Source of the DNA: Rubripirellula sp.
Lineage (GTDB): Bacteria; Planctomycetota; Planctomycetia; Pirellulales; Pirellulaceae
Direction of reading: 5' to 3'
Assembly (NCBI GenBank): GCA_965216875.1
Contig: OZ244207.1
Coordinates: forward strand, 5,536,001 to 5,600,000
Length of the DNA: 64,000 bases
Made by a program: the position numbers and the translations under genes. Numbering within the stretch: position 1 is the first letter of the stretch; each line of letters starts with the position of its first letter. The notes under the pieces are model-generated. The model did no database searches. It was not told the origin of the DNA and was given only the letters and a program-made list of their open reading frames with translations. Shown in pieces: positions 20,797 through 28,840 of the stretch.

Positions 20797-21252
20797 CTAG
20801 AGGTTGTCGACTTGTTTCACGGTGACCTCTTCAAAGCCCGCGATGGTCGCAGCATCCATGGCGTCAACGAGCCAACGCAGTTTGGCTTGCCGGTGAACAA
20901 CGATTCGCACCGGCAAATCGTCTTCAACGACCGACTTGAGTGTCTCGACGAGCTTCTTTTTCCCTGCCGCGTCAATCTCGCCTGCTTTGGTCAGCACCAA
21001 AAACGACCCGTAAGAATCGATCTGTATCTCGACGGGCTGTTCGTCTTGCGTGATCGCGACCTTACCCGGCAATTCGGACGGCTGGGTCGGCATCGCGATC
21101 GACTTCTGCAAACTGAATGATGCGGTGACCATGAAAAAGATCAGCAACAGGAACGTGACATCAACCATCGGTGTCATGTCGACACCGTTTTTCAGCGACC
21201 AGCGTTGCTTGCTTGGCTGGTTGGATTCCACGCTATAACGCGAACGCCGCAT
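20797..21252 (-). CDS. exbD: ExbD/TolR family protein, paralog of the 19972-20730 gene
   Basis: VDMTPMVDVTFLLLIFFMVTASFSLQKSI; the C-terminal AKLRWLVDAMDAATIAG is shared with the neighbour. Confidence 0.88.
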   Translation of the reverse strand: MRRSRYSVESNQPSKQRWSLKNGVDMTPMVDVTFLLLIFFMVTASFSLQKSIAMPTQPSELPGKVAITQDEQPVEIQIDSYGSFLVLTKAGEIDAAGKKKLVETLKSVVEDDLPVRIVVHRQAKLRWLVDAMDAATIAGFEEVTVKQVDNL

Positions 21253-21743
21253 TACTCTTCCTTCACCGCGATGTAAGTCGAATCGAGTTCGTCAAAGGCG
21301 TCACCGATGACTTTTTGAAGTCTTGTGACTTGGCCAACCTGCACGTCAGCGTCGCCAAACAGCATCACATGCTGTTTGTCTTTACCGCTTGGTTTCTCGA
21401 GTTCGTTGGTGATGTATTCGATCACTTCCGAAGCCTGAACATCCTCATCAGCACTGAAATCACGACCGTCAAAACGCGACAGCTTGACTTTGTCTTTGCC
21501 CATTGGATTGATAAAGATCACGGCCGAGTCTTTGGCCGAGATCGCGAGGCCATTGTCAGCCGGTGGGATCGTTCCAATCTTGGTCGGATCCATCGTCGAA
21601 CAAACAATGAAGAAGATCAGCAGCAGGAAGGTGATGTCGATCATCGGGGTGATGTCCATTTCGTCATCACCGCGTTTTTTACGAGGCAGCGCGAAGTCGT
21701 CGTCTTCTTCGTTGACGTTGTCTTCTATTTCTCCGTTGCTCAT
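21252..21743 (-). CDS. exbD: ExbD/TolR family protein
   Basis: MDITPMIDITFLLLIFFIV TM motif, followed by a periplasmic domain with LFGDADV. Confidence 0.9.
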   Translation of the reverse strand: MSNGEIEDNVNEEDDDFALPRKKRGDDEMDITPMIDITFLLLIFFIVCSTMDPTKIGTIPPADNGLAISAKDSAVIFINPMGKDKVKLSRFDGRDFSADEDVQASEVIEYITNELEKPSGKDKQHVMLFGDADVQVGQVTRLQKVIGDAFDELDSTYIAVKEE

Positions 21744-21811
21744 TTTGCCTGTTCTCTACTGAAGGCTTGAGTAAACCGATTCAACAACCTGGCGGCTATC
21801 AGACAGGGCGA

Positions 21812-22519
21812 CTATTTGTTGGGAGATTGAACAGCCATCGGATCAATTGCGGCCGCAGTTGGTGCGCCGCCAGCGGGTGTTCGTGAAAGTCCGGAACGAA
21901 ACGCTTGCATGAATCGGGCAAGTCCGGCACCAACCAAGTCTTCCATCTTGGCAATACGAATGTTGACGTTGGCGACCAAGACCATCAGCGGAATGGCGAT
22001 GGCCAATCCACACGCGGTGGTGCGAAGCGCGATGTTGATGTCGTTGGCCAACAGCGATGGCTCAACCGATTCCGCCGTCGCCAAAGTCTTAAACGCACCC
22101 ATCATTCCGAAGACCGTCCCGAACAGACCAATCATCGGCGCCGCTTTGATGACCGTTCCCACCCAAGAAAGTCGGTATTCCAAATCGGCCATCACGTCGC
22201 GTTGGAATCGATCCAGCACAAACGTACGAGCCTTCTTGTATCCAAGACCACGATTGTTGACCGCCATTTCAACAATCTGTGGAATCGCACGCGCGTCGCC
22301 TTCGCAGTATTGCACCGTTCCTTCGAAGTCACCGGCAGCAAGCATCTGCTCGATGTCATCCATGAACACGTCTTGCTGCTCTTCGTTTTTGAAACGCTTC
22401 TGATTGACGCGAGTCCAAACGATCACGATGCAGTACAGGCCCCAAAGCGCGGCCAACGCCAGCGCCCCGTAGGTCGTTGTGGAGATAATGGCGAACAGGT
22501 CAATTTCGGCGACAAGCAT
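21812..22519 (-). CDS. exbB: MotA/TolQ/ExbB proton-channel family protein
   Basis: Three TM helices with APMIGLFGTVFGMMGAF and ALRTTACGLAIAIP signatures. Confidence 0.92.
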   Translation of the reverse strand: MLVAEIDLFAIISTTTYGALALAALWGLYCIVIVWTRVNQKRFKNEEQQDVFMDDIEQMLAAGDFEGTVQYCEGDARAIPQIVEMAVNNRGLGYKKARTFVLDRFQRDVMADLEYRLSWVGTVIKAAPMIGLFGTVFGMMGAFKTLATAESVEPSLLANDINIALRTTACGLAIAIPLMVLVANVNIRIAKMEDLVGAGLARFMQAFRSGLSRTPAGGAPTAAAIDPMAVQSPNK

Positions 22520-22676
22520 CAGGGTTCTAGTCCTTACGAAAGACGAAGGTTGTGCGAAGCGGGTTGCGGTCGAATGGGTTGGGAAAAGGAGTCAGCAACA
22601 CGCGAAGAGTCGCCGACGAAGGCGGGTTGAACGAATAAGTTAGGGCCTGTGGGGCATCCAGGCTACCGACAGACCG

Positions 22677-23594
22677 TCAGAGTCGCCGATATCGTTGGCT
22701 CACGACTCGAAAATGGTAGCCGTCGGGGATCGGCTCGCAGAGGAATACGGTGGTGGCAATTTCCTGGCTGGATGAGCGCCCGTGGCTCCTAGCATATTCG
22801 AGTTCTACTGCAGCGAGCTGATTTTCGAGCGTCTCTGGGATGAATTTTAACAGTTGGCGCCCTGATAACTCGACCCCCGCCAGCCCAAGAAGCTGGCGAT
22901 CGTAGGCGACCAGGGGTCCCGACTGGCGCCACAGGAAATAGAGCCGCTTCTCATCACGGCTTGCACCATGCCGCAACTGGGGAGTCGAGGAGAGTGAGCT
23001 GGCGTAATCCACGCCAGAGCGGCCACCACCAATGGCCGCTAACTCGATCCCAAAATGGTCCAGCTGCTTGGCGTAGGAAGCACGATTGGTCGCCTCGAAT
23101 TTGAGCTGCCAACGCTGGAAGCGGGGCACGCCCTGCTGGTTGTTCGGCCCCGGCTCGCGACTGTCTCCGGCCTGCTTTCCGCGGCGGTTCACATTTTGGG
23201 CCGTGTCAACGGCAACGGGGCTGGCCGCCACTGTGCTGACCGCCTCCGTCACCGCCTCAAGTTGTTGAGCCAGTGTGATCTCCAACAGCTGCTCGACCTC
23301 CTCGACTCCAGGTTCCTGGAAATCAAGCTCAAAACCATCGGGGGACGTGGTTGCGGAGGCCTGCTCGGGTTGCGGGATGGGTCGCGCCATTTCGGGCGCC
23401 TGGTCCAGCAACCACACCATCACCAAGAGCATCACCAAGCTGCCAAGCATCAGCATTAACGACATCAGCAGTGACGTCACTGCATCAAATAGGCTGACCC
23501 GAAGCGACGAGGACCGGTCCGGCGCATGCGATTGCGAGGGATCTCTCACATCGTCCGATGGAGCTTCGCGCTCATCGGTGGAGTGTTCAGACAT
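22677..23594 (-). CDS. Hypothetical single-pass membrane protein, paralog of 23630-24562
   Basis: N-terminal TM helix. Shares GFELDFQEPGVEEVE, AVTEAVSTVAAS, RFQRWQL, YAKQLD and LKFIPETLENQLA blocks with the upstream gene. Confidence 0.8.
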   Translation of the reverse strand: MSEHSTDEREAPSDDVRDPSQSHAPDRSSSLRVSLFDAVTSLLMSLMLMLGSLVMLLVMVWLLDQAPEMARPIPQPEQASATTSPDGFELDFQEPGVEEVEQLLEITLAQQLEAVTEAVSTVAASPVAVDTAQNVNRRGKQAGDSREPGPNNQQGVPRFQRWQLKFEATNRASYAKQLDHFGIELAAIGGGRSGVDYASSLSSTPQLRHGASRDEKRLYFLWRQSGPLVAYDRQLLGLAGVELSGRQLLKFIPETLENQLAAVELEYARSHGRSSSQEIATTVFLCEPIPDGYHFRVVSQRYRRL

Positions 23595-23629
23595 CAGCGA
23601 TCACGAATGGTTCGAGGGAGCGACAGGGT

Positions 23630-24562
23630 CTACCTGCGTGGCCGTCGATATCGCTGATCAATCACCTCAAACGCGTAACCGCCACTGGCCGCCTTGCTTT
23701 GAAAAATCGTCTTGGCGATTTCGGTGACCGAGTTGTGTCCATGCTGACGGGCATATTCAAGCTCGATCACGGCGAGCTGGTTTTCCAGCTCGGGTGGGAT
23801 GAACTTCAGCATTGATCGATTCGGCAACGGGACGCCCGCCTTTTGCAATAACTGTCGGTCGTATTGCATCAGGGGGCCTGGAGCATTCCACATGAAGTAC
23901 AAACGTTTCTCCTCTTTCGAGGGGACACGTCGCTTCTGAGGATTGCCCGCTAGGTTGTTGGCGATATCGACCCCTTGAATCGAACCACCAATCGCGGCCA
24001 ATTCAATCTTGTAGTAATCGAGCTGCTGGGCGTATGCGTTGAGACTTCGAGCCGAGAACTGAAGCTGCCAGCGTTCGAAACGGGGGATAATGTCTTCCCC
24101 CTCACCGGGAGGACCGGGTGGTCGGCTGTCACCAGCACCGGTTCCCTGCGTGCTTGCCACTGCATTGGAATCGGTCGTCGTCAAAGACGCGGCGACGGTG
24201 CTCACCGCGTCGGTAACCGCCTCAAGCGTCTCGGCCAGCGTTGGCTCCATCAGCTCTTCGACTTCTTCGGCACCGGGAGGTTCGAAATCTCGTTCGAAGC
24301 CTTCAGGATTCTCACCTCGGCCGGCCGGATTCTCGATGATGGGCTCGATCGGCTGGGGAGGGAAAGACCATCGACTGGTCAACCAGACGATGAACAGAAT
24401 CGTGACAAAGGTGCCGATGAAAAGGATCAGCGCCATGAAGAACGACGTCACGATGTCGAACTGGCTGATCCTCAGTTTTGCTCGTTCCTCCTCGCGCGCA
24501 GCCTGTCGGTCGTCGACCAACTGGTCGGCTGGATTCTGGGAAGGGTCGGTGACCGATGCCAT
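23630..24562 (-). CDS. Hypothetical single-pass membrane protein with Pro/Glu-rich linker (TonB-like topology)
   Basis: TM helix (FFMALILFIGTFVTILFIVWL), P/E-rich spacer, GAGDSRPPGPPGEG, and a globular C-terminal domain. Confidence 0.82.
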   Translation of the reverse strand: MASVTDPSQNPADQLVDDRQAAREEERAKLRISQFDIVTSFFMALILFIGTFVTILFIVWLTSRWSFPPQPIEPIIENPAGRGENPEGFERDFEPPGAEEVEELMEPTLAETLEAVTDAVSTVAASLTTTDSNAVASTQGTGAGDSRPPGPPGEGEDIIPRFERWQLQFSARSLNAYAQQLDYYKIELAAIGGSIQGVDIANNLAGNPQKRRVPSKEEKRLYFMWNAPGPLMQYDRQLLQKAGVPLPNRSMLKFIPPELENQLAVIELEYARQHGHNSVTEIAKTIFQSKAASGGYAFEVIDQRYRRPRR

Positions 24563-24610
24563 GAAGGAGTTACTTTCGCGGGCGGGAATGCGTCGGGGAG
24601 ACGGTGTCTG

Positions 24611-26356
24611 TTACAGATCGTAGTCCAAAAAGACGTACTTCGGGTTCATCGTCTTGTACCATGCTCGCCATTTTTTCTGAACCGAAGCAACGGTCGAAGC
24701 GGAGTGCACGGGCTTTCCACGAGGTGGATTGTCCAACCCCATGCCGTCGAACTGGCGACTGATGAATCGCAACCCATCGCGTGCGTATCGCCAAACCATC
24801 GGATCGGTGTCACTGAGGGCGTAGATCAATGAGGGCACGACACGAAGTTCGTCCGTTGTGCTCAGCACGCGTGCGGCAACGCGGCGCGCCTGCCAAGACT
24901 TACTGCCTCGGACAAGTCGTTCCAAGCGATCAAGCTGCGCGGCACGAGTCGCCGGGTCGTTCGAAATCACCAGATTCTCGGGCAATGACTTGTCGCTCAG
25001 ATTGTCTGCGCCATCCTTTTCCAGCAACGACATCATGCTTTCGAGGTCGGCTGCGATGGGGCGCCCTTTGATTTGCGTCCCTTCGACCCGAATCTCGGTG
25101 GTGTCATCTGGCAAGCCGTAACCACCCGACAACGTACCTTCGCCCAGACTGAAAACGGTCTTTTGCGTGCTGCGGATCAGGAACAGCAAGCCGAACGAAG
25201 TGTCCGAAATCGGTGATGCACGCGATTGGCGATCGGCCCAGCTACCATCACCGTTCTGGAACTTTTTCAGCTCACTAACGCCTGTGTTGTACCAAGCAGG
25301 GCTCTTTTCCTTGACTTTGCCCTGAGCAATCTCGATGAAGCTCTCGTAACGTTCGAGCGTGTAGAGCTGGTAGAAGTACCAGTCGGCACCGCTACCACGT
25401 TTGATCGGGTTGGGATGGGCCTTGCGATAGCCTTCAAGGCTTGAGATGGCCCGCTTGATTGGCTCTTCGGAAATGGTTGCCCGACGGCGACCCGCCTTGT
25501 TCTTGTCTTCTCGGTAAAGCTTGATCGCCTTGGGCAAACCGACAATTCCTGGGTCATCATCATCAGCCCCGGTTTGCCCCCACAGACGAAGTGCGTCGCC
25601 GGCAATCAACAAGCTACTGCCGCCGGCAAGCGCCATCGACATATCGACTCGCTTTTGATTGATCCGCTGGCCGCCACGAGGGAGTTCGCCATGGTACGGC
25701 CAACCACCGTTGACGCTTTGGACCTGCAACAACCACTGCATCGCCTGGACGACCTTGGGGTAGTCCATCTTGATTCCCATGCGATCGAGCGTCCAAACCG
25801 CCAGCAACGCATATTGGGTCTGCGAGGTGTCGCCAGGCTCGGATCCGGGATAGGGCCATCCACCGTGATCGGCCTGCGATTCGAACAAGAAGTGCTGGAG
25901 GTCCTGAAGTTCTTTCTTGTAGCGGTCGCCATCGACGGCCCCCAAAAGGAGAACACAGACGGCCATCTCGTAGTTCTTTTTGTGGCCGTGTTCGCCCGAT
26001 CCACCTCGCAGCGCGTTGACCATCTTGAGTGCTGTGTCGACACCGCGCTTGACGACCGGATGCGCGGCATCATGCCGACATTTGTAGTGTGCGTATCCGG
26101 CCAGGATCGTTTCACCCGCCTTCCCGCTCCAATCGTTCACTTTGGTCGAAAACTGTTCTTGAGGAGCAGTTTCAATAAATTTCAGCCCCTTGTTGATCAT
26201 CGCCTGAACGGTGGGATGCTCGGGGGTGTAGCCCTGGGCACTAGCGCGGTCACCGGCCCCGAAAAGAGCCAGAAGGGAAAAACAGGCGGCGAAGGTGGTC
26301 ACCAACCGACTGGGGTTGGCGAACAGCTGTCTGCGATAACAAGGTTTCCAGGTCAT
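24611..26356 (-). CDS. Exported protein with prenyltransferase/squalene-cyclase (QW-type) repeats and C-terminal HEAT repeats
   Basis: Signal peptide ending RASA. Repeats SQADHGGWPY, VQSVNGGWPY and FQNGDGSW; GDTSQTQYALL; HEAT-like VPSLIYALSDTDPMVWRYARDGL. Start uncertain (26356-26449). Confidence 0.78.
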   Translation of the reverse strand: MTWKPCYRRQLFANPSRLVTTFAACFSLLALFGAGDRASAQGYTPEHPTVQAMINKGLKFIETAPQEQFSTKVNDWSGKAGETILAGYAHYKCRHDAAHPVVKRGVDTALKMVNALRGGSGEHGHKKNYEMAVCVLLLGAVDGDRYKKELQDLQHFLFESQADHGGWPYPGSEPGDTSQTQYALLAVWTLDRMGIKMDYPKVVQAMQWLLQVQSVNGGWPYHGELPRGGQRINQKRVDMSMALAGGSSLLIAGDALRLWGQTGADDDDPGIVGLPKAIKLYREDKNKAGRRRATISEEPIKRAISSLEGYRKAHPNPIKRGSGADWYFYQLYTLERYESFIEIAQGKVKEKSPAWYNTGVSELKKFQNGDGSWADRQSRASPISDTSFGLLFLIRSTQKTVFSLGEGTLSGGYGLPDDTTEIRVEGTQIKGRPIAADLESMMSLLEKDGADNLSDKSLPENLVISNDPATRAAQLDRLERLVRGSKSWQARRVAARVLSTTDELRVVPSLIYALSDTDPMVWRYARDGLRFISRQFDGMGLDNPPRGKPVHSASTVASVQKKWRAWYKTMNPKYVFLDYDL

Positions 26357-26580
26357 ATCCTTACCCGACATCTTTGAAAAAAATTCGTGCAGCTGGTGTT
26401 GGCCTAAATAAACTTTGCCAGTGAACCGATTGACGAATTCAAGCATCATACCCTACGATCGCCGACCGTCGAATTGATCAAGACGGCCGGTTTTGTTAGT
26501 TTCCTTCACTCAGGTCACTGACGTGCCGGTAAAACGGCTCCGTAACGAAAAAATGGTTTGTTGCGTCAGTCAATTCCCAT

Positions 26581-26653
26581 GGTGAGATAGCTCAGTTGGT
26601 AGAGCACGGCCCTGAAAAGGCCGGTGTCGGCGGTTCGAGCCCGCCTCTCACCA
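26581..26653 (+). tRNA. tRNA-Phe (GAA)
   Basis: Acceptor stem GGTGAGA/TCTCACC, D-arm GCTCAGTTGGTAGAGC, anticodon arm CGGCC-CTGAAAA-GGCCG and T-loop GGTTCGAGCC. 73 nt; the CCA tail is not encoded. Confidence 0.96.
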
Positions 26654-27049
26654 CTTTTTCTTTTTTGCGACGCTTTCCACGGTCGATCCGTTGGCGTGGA
26701 AACCCTTCGTCGCTCTCGACAAATGCTTGTCGCGCCTCCCAAAACCCGGGATTTCCTGGCTGGATCTGCCTTACTCAGCCTTCTTAACCGTTCGTCCACG
26801 CGGGATCTCGACGCCAATCAACCGATCGTCTCAAGCGGTTCGGCGATCTCGAATTGCCGTGCGAACAAGCAAATCGGGTTTTTCCCCCGTTTTCTATGCC
26901 GCTAGATTATGCAGGCCACGGTTCGATGCTGCGGATGGACGCAATCATTTCGGTTCACCCCCATGACCGCGCCAGTGACCCGTTCGCTGCCTGCCCGGCC
27001 AACGCATCGCGCCACGAGAAATCCTCAGAGAAACCCCTGCGAGAAATCC

Positions 27050-28801
27050 ATGTCCCGAGCCCGCCTCGCTCTCTTGCTCTCCCTGATTGCGTTTGTCTGG
27101 ATTCAATCTCAGCACACGTGGACCTCGCAAAACGCCTGGTCACAAGAACCCGATTCAACGGCCGAGGTCGAATCACAGGCAACCGACGAGAGTGAAACCG
27201 ACAGCGAAAGTGGATCCGATGACGAGAATGGGGCTGGTAACGAGGTCGAAGAAATATCAGGCGATGACCCCGAGGCTGGCAGTGAAGGAGCCGAAGCTGG
27301 CAGCGGGGAAAGTGAGGCTGCCGAAGGCGACGAGGCAAACGATTGGATGTCTCGAGTCGATGGCGTCTTTGGGTCTTGCGTGGGCGTGGTCGCATCGGTG
27401 CTGTTTTTCGACTTCTGGACGTCCGAGTGGCTGGGCACCTCCGTCCCGTTTGTGGTGGTCTGGCTTTTCTTGGGTGCCACGTTCCTCACCATTCGGATGG
27501 GGTTCATCAATTTCCGTGCCTTCAAGCATGCGATCGACCTAACCCGTGGTGTCTACGACAAACCGGGTGAGCCAGGGGAAGTCACTCACTTCCAAGCCCT
27601 CTCGGCAGCTCTGTCAGCGACCGTCGGCCTGGGAAACATCGCCGGCGTCGCCATCGCGATCAGCCTCGGCGGTCCTGGTGCCACGTTTTGGATCATCCTT
27701 GTCGGGCTGATTGGGATGACCGCCAAGTTCTCCGAATGCACACTCGGACAACTTTATCGGGTCAGCGATGAAGACGGACACGTTCTTGGCGGCCCCATGC
27801 GTTATCTGAAGTCAGGTCTTGCCGAACTTGGCCTAGCGAAACTCGGCACCGTCCTCGCTTGGCTGTTCATGATCCTCTGCATCGGCGCAAGCTTCGGTGG
27901 CGGAAACGCGTTCCAGGTCGGACAGTCGCTCGAAGCCATTCGCGGTGACATCCCAGTTCTTCAAGACCACCCTTACATCTACGGCGTCTTGATGGCGGCG
28001 ATGGTCGGCGTAGTGATCGTTGGCGGAATCAAAAGCATCGGGGCGGTCGCTTCAAAAATCGTTCCCTTCATGTGCTTGGCCTATGTGGTTGCCGCATTGT
28101 TCATCCTGTTCGTCAACGTTGGCGCGATCCCAGCCGCCGTGATGAAAATCATCAGCGGTGCGTTCTCTGTCGAAGCAGGACTCGGTGGCTTCCTGGGAAT
28201 CTTGGTCATCGGTATCCAACGAGCCGTCTTTAGTAACGAAGCAGGCGTTGGTTCCGCCGCAATCGCCCACTCAGCAGCAAAGACCGACGAACCGGTCAGC
28301 GAAGGAATCGTGGCGTTGCTGGAACCCTTCATTGACACGGTCGTTGTCTGCACCATCACCGCTCTCGTCGTTGTCGTCACCGGCGCCTACAACGCTCCAG
28401 AAATGGCCGATGCCATCGCTGGCAAACAAGGCGCAACGATCACACTGCACGCATTCACCACGGGCGGCTACGATTGGTTCCGCTACGTACTTTACGTCGC
28501 CGTCGTCTTGTTCGCGTACTCGACATGCATCAGTTGGTCGTACTACGGCGAACGTTGTTGGGTCGAACTGTTCGGCGCTCACACCTCGCTCGTCTACAAA
28601 GTGCTGTTCTTGGTCTTCACCGTTCTTGGTTCGATCGTCACCCGTGGCAACATCCTCGACTTTAGCGATTTGATGATCCTAGGGATGAGCTTCCCGAACT
28701 TGTTGGGAGTCTTCCTGCTGAGCGGAATCGTCAAACGTGAACTCGATAAGTACTGGCAAAAGTACCGGTCAGGCGAACTCAAGCCTGCCGACGAGTCGTA
28801 A
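27050..28801 (+). CDS. Alanine/glycine:cation symporter (AGCS) with acidic N-terminal extension
   Basis: FQALSAALSATVGLGNIAGVAIAISLGGPGATFW, GGPMRY, FSNEAGVGSAAIAH and EPFIDT motifs. Confidence 0.93.
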   Translation: MSRARLALLLSLIAFVWIQSQHTWTSQNAWSQEPDSTAEVESQATDESETDSESGSDDENGAGNEVEEISGDDPEAGSEGAEAGSGESEAAEGDEANDWMSRVDGVFGSCVGVVASVLFFDFWTSEWLGTSVPFVVVWLFLGATFLTIRMGFINFRAFKHAIDLTRGVYDKPGEPGEVTHFQALSAALSATVGLGNIAGVAIAISLGGPGATFWIILVGLIGMTAKFSECTLGQLYRVSDEDGHVLGGPMRYLKSGLAELGLAKLGTVLAWLFMILCIGASFGGGNAFQVGQSLEAIRGDIPVLQDHPYIYGVLMAAMVGVVIVGGIKSIGAVASKIVPFMCLAYVVAALFILFVNVGAIPAAVMKIISGAFSVEAGLGGFLGILVIGIQRAVFSNEAGVGSAAIAHSAAKTDEPVSEGIVALLEPFIDTVVVCTITALVVVVTGAYNAPEMADAIAGKQGATITLHAFTTGGYDWFRYVLYVAVVLFAYSTCISWSYYGERCWVELFGAHTSLVYKVLFLVFTVLGSIVTRGNILDFSDLMILGMSFPNLLGVFLLSGIVKRELDKYWQKYRSGELKPADES

Positions 28802-28840
28802 TCACGAGTCCTGTTCACGAGCCCTCGAGCGCGCCCACCT

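Noticed and set aside
24611..26356. Squalene-hopene cyclase / hopanoid biosynthesis gene
   Set aside because: It lacks DxDD, has a signal peptide and only one barrel, and no hpn genes are nearby.
26581..26700. tRNA-Phe as an island integration site
   Set aside because: No integrase is adjacent, and I saw no duplicate of the tRNA 3' end elsewhere in the window.
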